The notes under the pieces were generated by a model. The model saw only the letters and a list, made by a program, of their open reading frames with translations. It searched no databases and had not been told where the DNA came from. Both the position numbers and the translations under genes were made by a program. From Azolla caroliniana (taxonomy: Eukaryota > Plantae > Polypodiophyta): 64,000 nt of DNA. Positions 48,601 through 60,600 of the stretch are shown one piece after another. The DNA lies in contig JBHGNT010000016.1 in assembly GCA_043228905.1 (NCBI GenBank), forward strand, positions 18,414,001-18,478,000, in the 5' to 3' direction. Position 1 is the first letter of the stretch; every line of letters starts with the position of its first letter.

Positions 48601-49999
48601 TGTCGCGGAAATCCGCGCGTGCGTATAAGATTAGGTGGGACCACCGGGGTCTTGAACTAGGGAGTAAGAGGGGAAGTGAGAGCTTAACCCTTACGAGCTT
48701 TCAAGCACAAAAGAGGAAGAACAAGGCACGAAGATTGACAAGAGAATGGGCTAGACCGAGCCAAGTTTCACCATGAAAATTCCATTACCAAGACACACAA
48801 TGTTTTACAACCGCGGCCATATACGCCGGCTCAAGCATAACTAGACGAAACCCTAACCGAATAGTAAAGTAGGAGAAGGATGAAACCCTAATGGTCTACC
48901 CAAAACAACAAAATGGTGACCATCCCAAAGTGAAAGCCCTTTATAAAACAGGGTTTGATTACAATGGAGAGGGACGGAAATGGGAATTCGTGACGACGAT
49001 GACCACAAAACACGAGCACACCAAGCATAATCTCGAATACAACGAGAGTACGAGCACACCACATGAACCGAAAACCATGTACCACGAGAGCCGACGACAC
49101 CAACACCATAAACCTCGAACCACGCGAATGGCGAGCTCACGGACTTGCGACGATGAGCGCAACCACCAACACCATGGACCAAGAACCACCCGAATGGCGG
49201 GCACACGGGCTCGCAACGACGAAGGGAGTGAAGCAACGCCGGACCAATGAGCCTCGGGCTCATGGGCACCAACACCAACACAAGGCCACAGACACACCTC
49301 AAGATGAGAATGTGAATGAGAGAGATCCCGAACCCATAAGAACAAATGAGCAAGAAAAGAAGAAGTATTGAAACCCTAAACCCTAAACCCTAGCTAGAAG
49401 AAGACGAGAAAGAACTCATTCCCCTAAACCCAAGAGAAGGTAGAGGTCTAAGTAAACAAGAAAACCCTAAAACCAAAACCCTAATGGTGCCATCCCCAAA
49501 CCCTAGAAAACCCTAGAAATTAAAGAGAAGAAGATAATTCCCCAAACCCTAACTACCTCTCAAACCCCAAAATGGCCGACCCTCATGAGCCCCTCTCGAC
49601 CTCTTTTTATAGCTAAAAAAGGAAAGAGTTCCCCACATCGTCCCTTCAATACAAAAGGAATAAAATTCCTTAAATCACATTGCACTCTCTACTTGGACTT
49701 GATCCATGTACCTCAAGTTAAGGGATAGTACATCTATCCACTAGCCCTTTCATTTCCTATTACTAATATAGTTAATAAGTAAATATCTAGAAAAGCATAC
49801 TCTCTCTCCTCCCTACTTTTCATCTCTCCTCTCTCTTACTTTTTTACACGAAACTCGATACCACATTTTCACCCTTCCTTTTCCCTTTTCTTTATTTTAT
49901 GTGCACAACTAATTGCCTTTGTGTGCACACATTGCACATGCACATTTTGACCCCCCTTTCGCCGGTTTTTCCCACACTCGAGCACGCCACATCACGACA
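48601..49999 (-). mobile_element. Long solo LTR (1.4 kb) of the Trp-gypsy lineage
   Basis: TGTCGCG...CACGACA ends. The U5 motif is at the left, and the right end cacgccacatcacgaca is shared with J. Flanks CCGG/CCGT. Confidence 0.88.
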
Positions 50000-52900
50000 C
50001 CGTTGTCGACTTCCGTTGCCTTCTTGTCCGCTTGGCACTCAACTGATCCAGCTCCTCCGAATCAAATTGTTGAACCAAATTGACTGCCTCTGATTCGATC
50101 CCACTCTTGTCCAAGTTGGTTGTCTCCAACTCGTCCTCGATCTTAAGGCCCTTCAAAACATCAGACCATGTCCAAGTCTTGGAATTCTTCTTCAGGTCGG
50201 TTCTGTCCTTCTTGACTTTGCCGTCGTCGCCGCATGTTCCGACTTGACATTCAGATTCGACGTCATTTTCATCCTTGTCTCCCCTTATTTCGGTTGTTTC
50301 CTTTTCTCCGATTGATTCCCCGGTTCCTTTGCTTGTTTTCCTGGTTTCCGATCGATTCCCCCCTCCTTTCTCCCCATCAAGTGCGGCATGTCGAGATGTT
50401 GATGACCAAGCATCTCTAAGAAGTGCTACAACTTGTTGATTCCGATCACCACGGTGAAGATGTTAGCAACTTGCTGATCCGTCTGAACATACCGAAGTTC
50501 GACTTCACCGTTGAGAACCCACATTCCCGAAACCAAAGAATTTTTATCGCGACCTTGATGTGCTTAGTGTGAGCACGAAACATGAGATTCTTGGCGAGCT
50601 GCATGCTGCTCATGTTGTCGTAGTAGATCGGGATCAGATCCGGAGATCTTGTAATAGCTGTCGGAGCTATATGGCTTCATAGGTGGCGACGATAACGCCC
50701 CGATACTCAGCCTCAGTGCTTGACAAAGCCATTTGTTGGCCGCTTTTTGCTGCTCCACGCAACAACTGCGTTACCCAAAGAAAACATATAACGTGAAGTG
50801 GAGCGATGATCTGACACATCACCGGCCCAGTCGACATCTATATAACCGACTAGCTTTTTGTTTATACCGTGTTGGCATAATAGGCCCCGATCTTTATTGC
50901 CATTAACGTACCTGAGTATTCGGTGCGTGCATTGAAGGTGCTCCATGGCCGACTTCTACATAAACTGACTTATCATCCCTACCGGATAACTGATGTCGGG
51001 TCGGGTGATTTTTAAGTATATAAGGCATCCGACAATTTGTCGGAACTGTCTCTTGTTGCAGGCTGGTCCGGAGTCAGGATGAAGCTTCAGGTTTCAGTCC
51101 AGGGGTGTGGAGACTGGCGGACAATCCATCATGCCAAACTTGTACAACATATTCAACCCATAGTGTTGTTGTGAGAGCAATTAGTCGTTGGGGGAATGGA
51201 TCACTTCGATCCCGAGGAAATAATGAAGGTCCCCTAGGTCCTTCATTTCGAATGCATTCGACAATTGGGACTTCACTTGGCCGATTTCAATGAGTCTGGG
51301 TCCGGTGATGACAAGATCATCCACGTATAGCAAGATGCACATCGGACCTTCCAGACCTCTCCGGATAAACAACGAAGAATTGGACGTCAAGGCCACAAAA
51401 CCCATCTTATGCAAACGGTGCATGATCTTCGAGTTCCAAGCACGAGGGGCTTGCTTCAAGTCGTAAAGCAACTTCTTGAGTTGGCACACTGCTATCCTGT
51501 TCATCTTCGACTGAAATCCGGGGGGTTGGATCATGTAGACATGTTCTTCAAGATCACCTTGAAGAAACACATTCTTCATGTCCATTTGGTGAAGATGCCA
51601 CCCGCTTGCCACCACAACCACCAACACCACACAGACCGTCATCATTTTCGCTACCGGAGTGAAGGTCTTGTTGTAGTTGTTTCTGTGGGTTTGTGCATAT
51701 CCATTGGCCACTAACCGGGCCTTGTACCAATTGACCGAACTGTCGGCATTGTACTTTACCTTGAATACCCACTTGCAACCGATCGGTTTGTAATGTCGGG
51801 GAGGATCAACCAGGTCCTACATTGTGACATTGGCATCAAGTGCCCACATTTCTTCCTCCATTGCAGCATGCCAATGCACGTGCTTTGCCGCTTCTGCGTA
51901 ACTCTCCAGCTCACGCACTTTCGCCACTTTTGTCATGTACACATAGTGATGTGCCATGTACTCATGATAATCGTATCTTTTTACAAGGTTATTTTGGTGG
52001 GTTGATCAATGTAATTTCTCGTTAGCCGATTTCAAGGTCCTCTTGGCCGACTCAAACTTCGTTCTCGAAGGTCTGTCTTTATTCTTCTCGAAGTTGGATT
52101 CGCTACAATCCGACTTGTCTCTATCGGTGTCATATTCCGACATCTTCTTCTTCCCTTTCTCTTTGCACATGAACTATCTCCTTGGTTCTTTGCGCAGGGA
52201 AAGCATGACCGAGTCTCCACTACTTGCCGACTCTCCATCTGACTGATCATTACGACTCTGTTGCTCATTCGGCCTCAACCGAAATGAGATCAGATCGAAC
52301 ACTTCTTCCTCTTCTACCCGGATTGTTTCGGGCTCACTAGCCTCATCTTCCGGATTCAGGTCGGAGTCGGTAGATAGTACCAGGATGCGGACTCGTCAAA
52401 TTCGACATCTCGGTTTACTCGAATTGTCTTTGTTTGGGGGTTATAACATTTATACCCCTTTTGCTCATGTGAGGAGCCAACTAATATGCACTTCTCCAAC
52501 TTCGGGTCCAACTTTCTCCTCTTTTCATCTGACACATGCACATAGGTAATGCTATCGAATATCCAATGGTGCCTTATATTTGGCTTCCGCCCGAAATACA
52601 TCGCGTGTGTTGGCACCTTATCCCCGATCCAGTTTTGGATGTAGATGGCCGTTTGGACCGCTTTAGCCCAATAGAACTTGGGCATGCTCTTCTCTTCTAA
52701 CATTGCCCGTGCCGCCTCGACGATCAACCGATTCGCTACGCCGTTCTGTTTCGACATGCATTGACAACTGTATTCCCTCTGAATTCCATTCTGCTACAAA
52801 TAACTGTTGAATTGGCTGGAAAAGTATTCTTTTCTGCCATCCGACCGTAGGCACTTGATCTTCCTCTTTGTTTCCTGTCCGATCAAATTACGTAAGCTTC

Positions 52901-53008
52901 GGAAACAGTCGAAAACTTCGCTTTTCTTTTCGATAAGGTAGATCCATGTGTGTTGTCTATAGTCGTCGATGAAGGAGATGAAACATCGACTCTCGCCAAT
53001 AGTAACGT

Positions 53009-54131
53009 TGTCGTGAAGATTCGTCACTACGCACGGATCGTGAGGCGAAACTACCGGGGTTCTAGACCGGAAGGACTCGAAGTTTGCACTAGGTTTAGCG
53101 AGAAAGGATTTAAGATAGATTGAAAGAGAGAGAGATTGAGATAAGATAAAACGCTTGACTTTCGATTGAGAGAAAGATTAATACATCAATTGGATAACGA
53201 ATTTTCTTCTTAATATTAATTTTGGTATAAAGTACAAAGCTCTCCCATTTTGATCTTTTTCATCCACCCTTTTATAGATGCTCCCATGTATATGATGTAT
53301 GTGAGGGTACAAGACATGCATACAATGCATGGAATGCATGTGATGCATGTTTGCCATTTGGCGCTCATGCATCACATGTCACTCACTCAAGTTCTAATAT
53401 GAGAATTTACATGTAAAGTTATAATGATAATTTTTTTTTTTGTAAAGAATTGACTTGGCTTAATGGTAAGCCTATTGCTTCTTATCTTGGAGGTGCAAAG
53501 TTCAAGTCTTGCTTACATCTTTTTCTTTAATGCACAAAATACTATTAGGCTTTTGGACCAAATATCTTTAAGACACCATGCACCGCGATCAACCGGCCTC
53601 ACCAATCCGTCTGATTTGCATCTGTTTGGTCCAGCCCAGTCCGCATCCCGATTTGGTTTGGTCCACATCTCGAGTCGCTTGCCGGTAACCGGCCGGTTCG
53701 CCAGCTCACCGGCTCCGCCGGCCGGTTTTGGCCAAAACTTTTACAAGTAGCTTGGCCACACCCACTTATCCAATTAGCTTAGTTCAAGGTACCTTGAACT
53801 CTCTATGCTCCACACATAAACACAAAGATAAAAGCTTTTGCTCTACCTTATATATGGTGAGATCCTAATTTGTCCTGTATATGTGGGATATCTCATAGTT
53901 TTATTTTTCTCTTTTCCTTTGCAAACTTCCTACCCACATAACTTGAGACTTAGATGTCCGTTTCTTATGTAGTAAAGTGCATTCGAAAGCTCTTGAAGAC
54001 CTCCATCTTTTTGTACTAAGGTATTAAACTTCTTTAAAATAGTATTTTCATAATTATTGTTTTATATGATTCATACTCGATTTCGTATGTTTTATGCGAT
54101 TTTCACACCATTGCCGAAAATCTTCACGACA
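53009..54131 (-). mobile_element. Solo LTR of the Trp-gypsy lineage in the G integrase
   Basis: 13-bp terminal inverted repeat TGTCGTGAAGATT/AATCTTCACGACA, TSD ACGT (53005-53008 / 54132-54135), and a variant U5 motif. Confidence 0.88.
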
Positions 54132-56031
54132 ACGTTTTGTGTCGGTCCCCATACCTCTGAATGTATCAAGTCGAGCTTGTTATGGCTTCAGCTTCTATTA
54201 GTGGGTAATGGAAGTCGGTGTTGCTTCCCAAGTTGGTAGTCTTCACAAATTTGGGCCTTTCGGCCACTAAATTTCAGTAATCCAAATACAACCTGTTTCT
54301 ATTGCTAGTCCTGAAGCCTTTGATAGTTGACGTGGCCGATCCACTTATGCCATAAGTCGATATCCGACTGGACTTTCTGTCCTTTTGTGAATAAAGCGGT
54401 TTCGACGGCATTGGTGTCGAGGATAAACATCGTCCCGTGCTATCACCCTTGCACGATTATCTAGCCTTCTTCCTCAATGAAGCACCTGAAATGCGTGAAT
54501 CGTACTTGCATCCCTTGGTCAACAATTTTTCCAACCGACACCAAGTTCTTCGTAATTGTCAGAACATGTAACACATTCATCAACTTCCCTTTTTGTTTGA
54601 CATGACTTAAAGGGACTTCTTCGACATGCTCGATCAGGTGAGGGGTGTCATCTCCGGTTTCGACAACTCTTGGTTGCTCCGGTTTTTCCAGATATGAGAA
54701 CCACTCTTTGTGGCTCTTCATATGGTTTGATGCTCCGGTATCAACGTACCACACTTCCTCGTATTTGGAAGTGGTCTTCTTCATCGAGTTCGCCTTGTGC
54801 TCCATCACAAAGGTTGGCCCTTTTCCGGTTTTTCCAATTCTGGATTCTTCCGATCCTTCTGGGTAGTGCAAGCTCTGTCGATTTCCTTGTCCGGTTTAGG
54901 GTTTGGATTTATCAAAATTGGTCACTTCTTCCAACACTCGCTTTCCTTGTGGCGTTTCTTGCTACAATATCAGCATTCTGTATCGACCTTCGATTGCCGG
55001 TTATCGACGCCGCCTTGGCTTGTGGAGCATCCGGAACTGCTGTCGGCACTATCTCTATGTCTCCGATTCTGCTCTTGCCGGCCGCCGCTATTGCGTGCCG
55101 ACTCACCTCGTCCCCCACACCCATGGGGTCGATCCACCTTTGTGTACAACATCCGGTTGTCCGATTGAGTGGTCCTTGAACCACTTGCATGGTTTTCTTT
55201 GACCATCAACATCGATTGCAAGTCGAAGAAGGACAATGGGTTCCAGTGGCTTCTCTCAGGTGCGAATTGTCATCCGTATAGACCTTTACCTTGGCGCTAG
55301 ACCATTGAGGGAGATCTGCACCATCTCGTCTTCGTCCACCATCACATTGATGGACAATACTGCGTCGTAGATCCCCTTGATCTTGGTGGTGTAATCGGTA
55401 ACTGACATGTCCCTTTACCAGATGTTGTTGAGCTCTTGCCGAAGCTGCAACTTCTGGGCCGTTGTACTGGTGGCAAAAAGCTTTTCAAGATTTTCCAAGG
55501 CTTCTTTCGGTGACTTTGCGTCTCTAATGTGGCCGAGCATCTGACCGTGCACACAAGACGCGAGGCAGTACAACACCTTGCTCGCTCCTTGTTCCCATGC
55601 CGGGAAGTCCATGTGTATCGGCTCTGGTGCTACTTCGTTCGCTCCTTCGACATAACTCCAGTAATCGTGCCCCAATAGGTACTAGTGCATCTTGTATGAC
55701 CAAGATGCATAGTTTTTCCTATCAAGCTTCACAGTCGGAAGCGATCTTGCCATCACTCCGTCCATTTCTTGTTTCTGTTCTTATCGGGTGTAGGTTTGGG
55801 TTTGTCTTTGATGATTCAGTTGTCGCGATCAGAGGATTCTCAACCCTCGTGCTCTGATACCATGTGAAAGTTAATGTGCAGAAGCTTAGACAAACCAGCT
55901 CAACCGAATAGTAACAGAAAATAGAACTAAGGTTTAATGGAAAGCTTAAATTACACAGACAGTACGTAGGAGAGACAGAGAGAGCAAAACAACATAAAAA
56001 AGTCAAATTACAAAAATCACTCTGCACATAC

Positions 56032-56379
56032 TGTTGAGAATCAAACTCAACTTCCCGTGTGTGGGAACACACTCTAGAATACTCAAGTGTGTGAACACCC
56101 CACCTCCTTGTATAGTAACTAGTGTGTCATAGAAGTTAATGTTCTATGTCACATATTCTTTAAGTAGTTAAGACATGACCTCTTTCCCAAGAGGTGGTAC
56201 TAGTAAGAGAACTTAGAAAGAAGGTGACTACATAAGCACCTTCTCCTTCTCTTTGTAAGTGTTGGCTTATTCTTGCTTCTTGTTAATTCAGTTTCCTGCT
56301 TTTCTGTAATCTCTCTCTCTCTCTCTCTCTCCACACACATAGTTCTTCCGCTGCACAGAATCATCACCGATTCTTTACA
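56032..56379 (+). mobile_element. Copia-type solo LTR within the G 5' LTR
   Basis: TG...CA ends and TSD CATAC (56027-56031 / 56380-56384). The start resembles the H LTR. Confidence 0.85.
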
Positions 56380-56589
56380 CATACAATGTGCTCAGTGAGC
56401 ACTTTTATACAAGTCCTTAAAAAAGGACCGACTAAAATATTGAGAAGTACTTCAATGCTCGTACTGAGCTATTGACACTAACTCCTAGGATAACTACCTA
56501 GTAGTCTAGGAGTGTAGACCTCCAACGGCCTACCGGTTTGCACAGGAGTTTGGCTCTCCGATCCGGCCCTCCAATCCGGCTCTGGTTCC

Positions 56590-57122
56590 TGTTGTCCGTG
56601 GGACTAAAAATGTAATATCCTTGGGAACTGTATATGTAAATTCCTATAAAGAATCGGAATACGAAAAGTAGGTAAAAAGTAGGTAAACGAGTGCTATGAA
56701 ACAGGAAACCGAGTCATACGCAACCGAGGAAAGAGTAAGTATGCGCGCCGAAGAAGTTGAAAACAGAAAACTATATAAGAAAATAAGTTGAAGACAGAGA
56801 GGGGGAGAGATAGAAGGATCAAAATAGAATAAGCTATATAGCCTAGAAGAATAGAAATTAATACCGGCATATAGCTGTGAGCATGTAATTCATGATCTAT
56901 TTAATATAACAAAGTTGGGTTTTGATCTGTGTTTTCGTGGTACTTTCGTAACGCCACAAAGTGAAATTTTCTATTTCATGCACTAAGTACTGTGTTTCAT
57001 CGGTGAAGGTGTCGTAAAGTCCTCGCCATTTATCAAGGGTAACTTGGGGACTACTCGTACCACGTCTCTTGGTCCGATTCCACGTAGGGATCGAAGGTGT
57101 TGCTTCTAGATAGGCGGTAACA
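56590..57122. mobile_element. Solo LTR (unassigned family) within the G 5' LTR
   Basis: TGTT...AACA ends and TSD GTTCC (56585-56589 / 57123-57127). Confidence 0.85.
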
Positions 57123-57167
57123 GTTCCGAATACCGATCCAGATCAAGTTGAGCTTGTCCGCTCAACA

Positions 57168-57651
57168 GTTGACTCTTTTGAGCAATGACGACATCTCTTG
57201 GAGGGTTCTCTTCATAAAATACTAGTTTACAATGATCACAAAAACCTAACATGTTTGAGTGTTGACAAGATGATAGGTTCGATGGGCACAATTCCTCACT
57301 TGTTTTGAGTTTAAAATTTTATATCAACCTGATCACAACAAGGAAAGGCAAATGCTTTATCACGAAGGACATATCGTGCACCTCATCTTGGTGAGGCAAC
57401 ATTTGATAATCGAAAACAAATTCTTTTAGGAGCTGCACAAATACAAGCAGTGGAAGTTTCATACATGCCAGTGGATTCCAGCTTCCTCAATTCTATTCAT
57501 TAGGATCTTCAAACATATCTCTTTTCTCAAGAATTTCTCGATCATATTGATCTGAATCGTGCTTCTTGCTCTAAGGCACAACATCCTCATGTAGATTACA
57601 ATCAATTCACATGGCCGAATGACCTACTATTTTATAAGAGTCTTCTCTATG
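57168..57651 (+). pseudogene. Highly degenerate Ty3/gypsy RNase H fragment
   Basis: Plus-strand translation gives NDHKNL...WAQFLTCFEFKILYQP...GKANALSR across frameshifts. Confidence 0.65.
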
Positions 57652-60600
57652 TGTAATGTTCATTGTTTTAGATGTGCTTATTTGGGGGCTATCATACTGT
57701 AATATTTGAGTCGTTGATTTATTGGACTGACCTAATGTCACGTCAGTGGGTACCCCACACATGATTGGTCAGGTAGATGTCATTACATGGCCTAGGTCCT
57801 ATAAATAGGGGAGACTCTCCTTGGTCATGGGGGAGCCCCATGAGTGGTTCTGACGAAGCTCTCTTTAATGTGGACTAGTCATCTACCAAGGTCCCGACGT
57901 GGCGATCCTGGTTGGTATGGGACAGATCAAGATTCCTTGTCTGCGCTGTCGACTCTGGCGCGGGGGCGGATGGGTGGTAATGCGTATGATTGTGTCATTT
58001 ATGTCTTTATTTTAGGATTAATGATCTTGGCTATTACATATGGTATCAAAGCGGTTTTAATCCTAAAAAAATAATGTTTGATTGGATTCGTGTTGTGTGC
58101 TATAGTACGAGAAAATATGATATTTGTTTTACGGATGAATGTACGTTAAACAATGGATTGGGGGAGTGTCGAAAATGCCATAGAGAGTCTGTTTGTGGTG
58201 ATGTGTTGATGTGCAATGTATTAGATGACGTTATGTATAATAAAAATATTGAGGGTTGGACATCAAAATCTGTGTGAGGGGTTAGTTAGTATATTCATCT
58301 CATATCCTTGAGAAAGGCTTTGAGTTCAATCCACTTTTGATGGACCAAAAAGCAAGGGGTTAAGTAAAATAAGAAAAGAGTTCTATAAAATTATTGCTAT
58401 TATTACTAAAAGCAAGGGGTTAAGTAAAAGAAAAAAAGAGTTCTATAAAATTATTGCTATTATTACTATTATATGTGTTTATACATTTAGATATTCAATA
58501 TATATTTATTAAAATAAAAGCACCATAAATATTCTTTTATTTATTTTTCGTATACCCGTCTTGATCAAGATGGCCATGCCCATGAGGCGGTCTTACGTGT
58601 GGAGATCGCATATCAAGAGGTCGGCCACCTAAAATACTATAGGTGATGCTTGATCCTCTAATTTTCGATGAAATAATTGATGATCATCATATATATGGAT
58701 AATGATCATTGGTAATCAATGTTATTAAGATTGGCCAATAGAATTAGGGCGATGATAGTTGAATGTCAATAATCAATTGATCATCCACCCTATGATTATA
58801 TCAAAGGGCCATAATCATCCATCACTATGGGTGCGTTTGAATTATATGGATGATTATATAGTTGATTATAAGGATGATTATATGATTATAAGGATAAGAT
58901 CATCATCATTTATTAATCGATGTGAAGGAGAGAGATAAGAAAAAAATTATTGTTTGAGAGGGGATCATGAGTATGAGATGGATGGGAGGAATATTGGGAG
59001 GATGAGTGAAGAGATAATCATTATTGGGATGATCATCACCATTATTTGGTTAGTACAGTGATTCTGAAGGAAGTCACCTACTATTCCCACCGACTTCCAA
59101 AAAGGGGATGTTTATCCCCTAAAATCTAAACTAGGAATTCTCATAACTAAAAAGGGAGAATTTCCTAGTTTGGAGGCATTCAAGAGATTCCTTAGAGAGG
59201 TGGTCACCGACTTCCTAAAAGGGAAGGTATTACTCCTAATGTCTAATCTAGGAATCCCTATAGATGAAAAGGGGATAAATGCCAAATTTGGACATATCTA
59301 GGGGGATCTTTATTATTCACCGGCTTAAGAAAATTGGGTATATAAGTATTCCCACTCTCTCATGATCTATCACTCTTCACTTCCTCATCCAAATTCTAAA
59401 GTCTTTTATAACACACTTTAGTACTTTAGACTTTAGCATACTTCTTTCTTTACTCTCTCAACTCTCCTTATTAATCATGGCTTCCTCCTCTCGCAATTCC
59501 GCACATCACACATCTCCCAACCATTGAAGTTTTTCGACACATCCCACATCTCCCACCCGTCAAGGTCATCAAATTTCTCCGATGCGAGATGAGGACGACC
59601 GACCAATATCTCTGGTCCGTGACGAGGATATTAATGACGATATCGAATTCGTGACGAGGGATGATTTCCGTAAAATGCAAGACAATATTGTCAAGTCAAT
59701 GACAATGGTCACAACTGCATTCTCCTCCAAACTTGAAGGGCTTCTTGATGCCAATAGGCATCAGTTTGAAAACCTTCTACAACAAATTTTGGAGTTAACG
59801 ACACACACTTCCACATCAAGCAATACGAAGAAGCCTTCATTTACTCCTCAACAGTTCTCAAGAAGGGATAAACAACACAACCATGAGTTTGTGAGCAGTT
59901 GGATAAACCAATGGAATGCTCACTTTTGTCTCGAGAATATTCAGAATGACTCTGAAAAGATCGATATGGTGGTTCGTGAGAGGATCGGTGCCACAAAATC
60001 TTGGTGGGAGTGGTTGGATAGAAAACTGGGAACGTGAGAGGCGTTTGAAAAGACTCTCAAGATGGAATTTGTCCGTCCCAATACGATTTCTCAAGTGATA
60101 GAATATATGTGCCATTTGTTTGATAAGGGTTGGACTATTGACCAATTCAATCAATATTTCCGCGACTTGATAACTATTGAGAGATCAAGCTCAACTTAGT
60201 TTAGTTAGTTAGTCAACCATGTAATTTTGTAGTTACCTAGATAGAATCTAGTTAGAAGTGTTGACTATAACGCCTTAAATAAGACCTTGTACTTAAGTGG
60301 GATATTCTAGATCCTCCACTCCTAAGTACATTTAATATAGGACTTACACTTTTGTACCTATATTATCTTCACACATGTGCACCCTTGCACATGAGATATA
60401 TATATACCTCATTGTAGGTATTTTTGTATTTGATGATGATGATGCTAAGTTAATATAGAGTTGATCATCCCCCATCTTGTGTTGTTCATAAGTGTTAACT
60501 TCCTCTCTCTCTTCCTCTCACACACATACACACACATATCACTTAATCTTCTGCTTAACTTAATCACATAATTAGGTACTAATTAACCCGTAGTTAATCA

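Larger units (their letters stand above)
48288..57167 (-). mobile_element. Ty1/copia element G (family of F and H), decayed, with nested LTRs
   Basis: 3' LTR remnant 48288-48354 with PPT 48355-48366, PBS 55851-55862, and 5' LTR 55863-57167 (interrupted twice). Gag DYWSYVEG, protease WYVDTGASNHM, integrase, RT LYVDDL and RNase H DVDWAG. Confidence 0.9.

Noticed and set aside
53009-54131. MITE or DNA transposon interpretation because of the 13-bp TIR
   Set aside because: The termini, U5 motif and 4-bp TSD match the Trp-gypsy LTRs.
58270-58335. tRNA-like sequence in the K leader (GAGTTCAATCC)
   Set aside because: Partial B-box only, with no stems or A-box.
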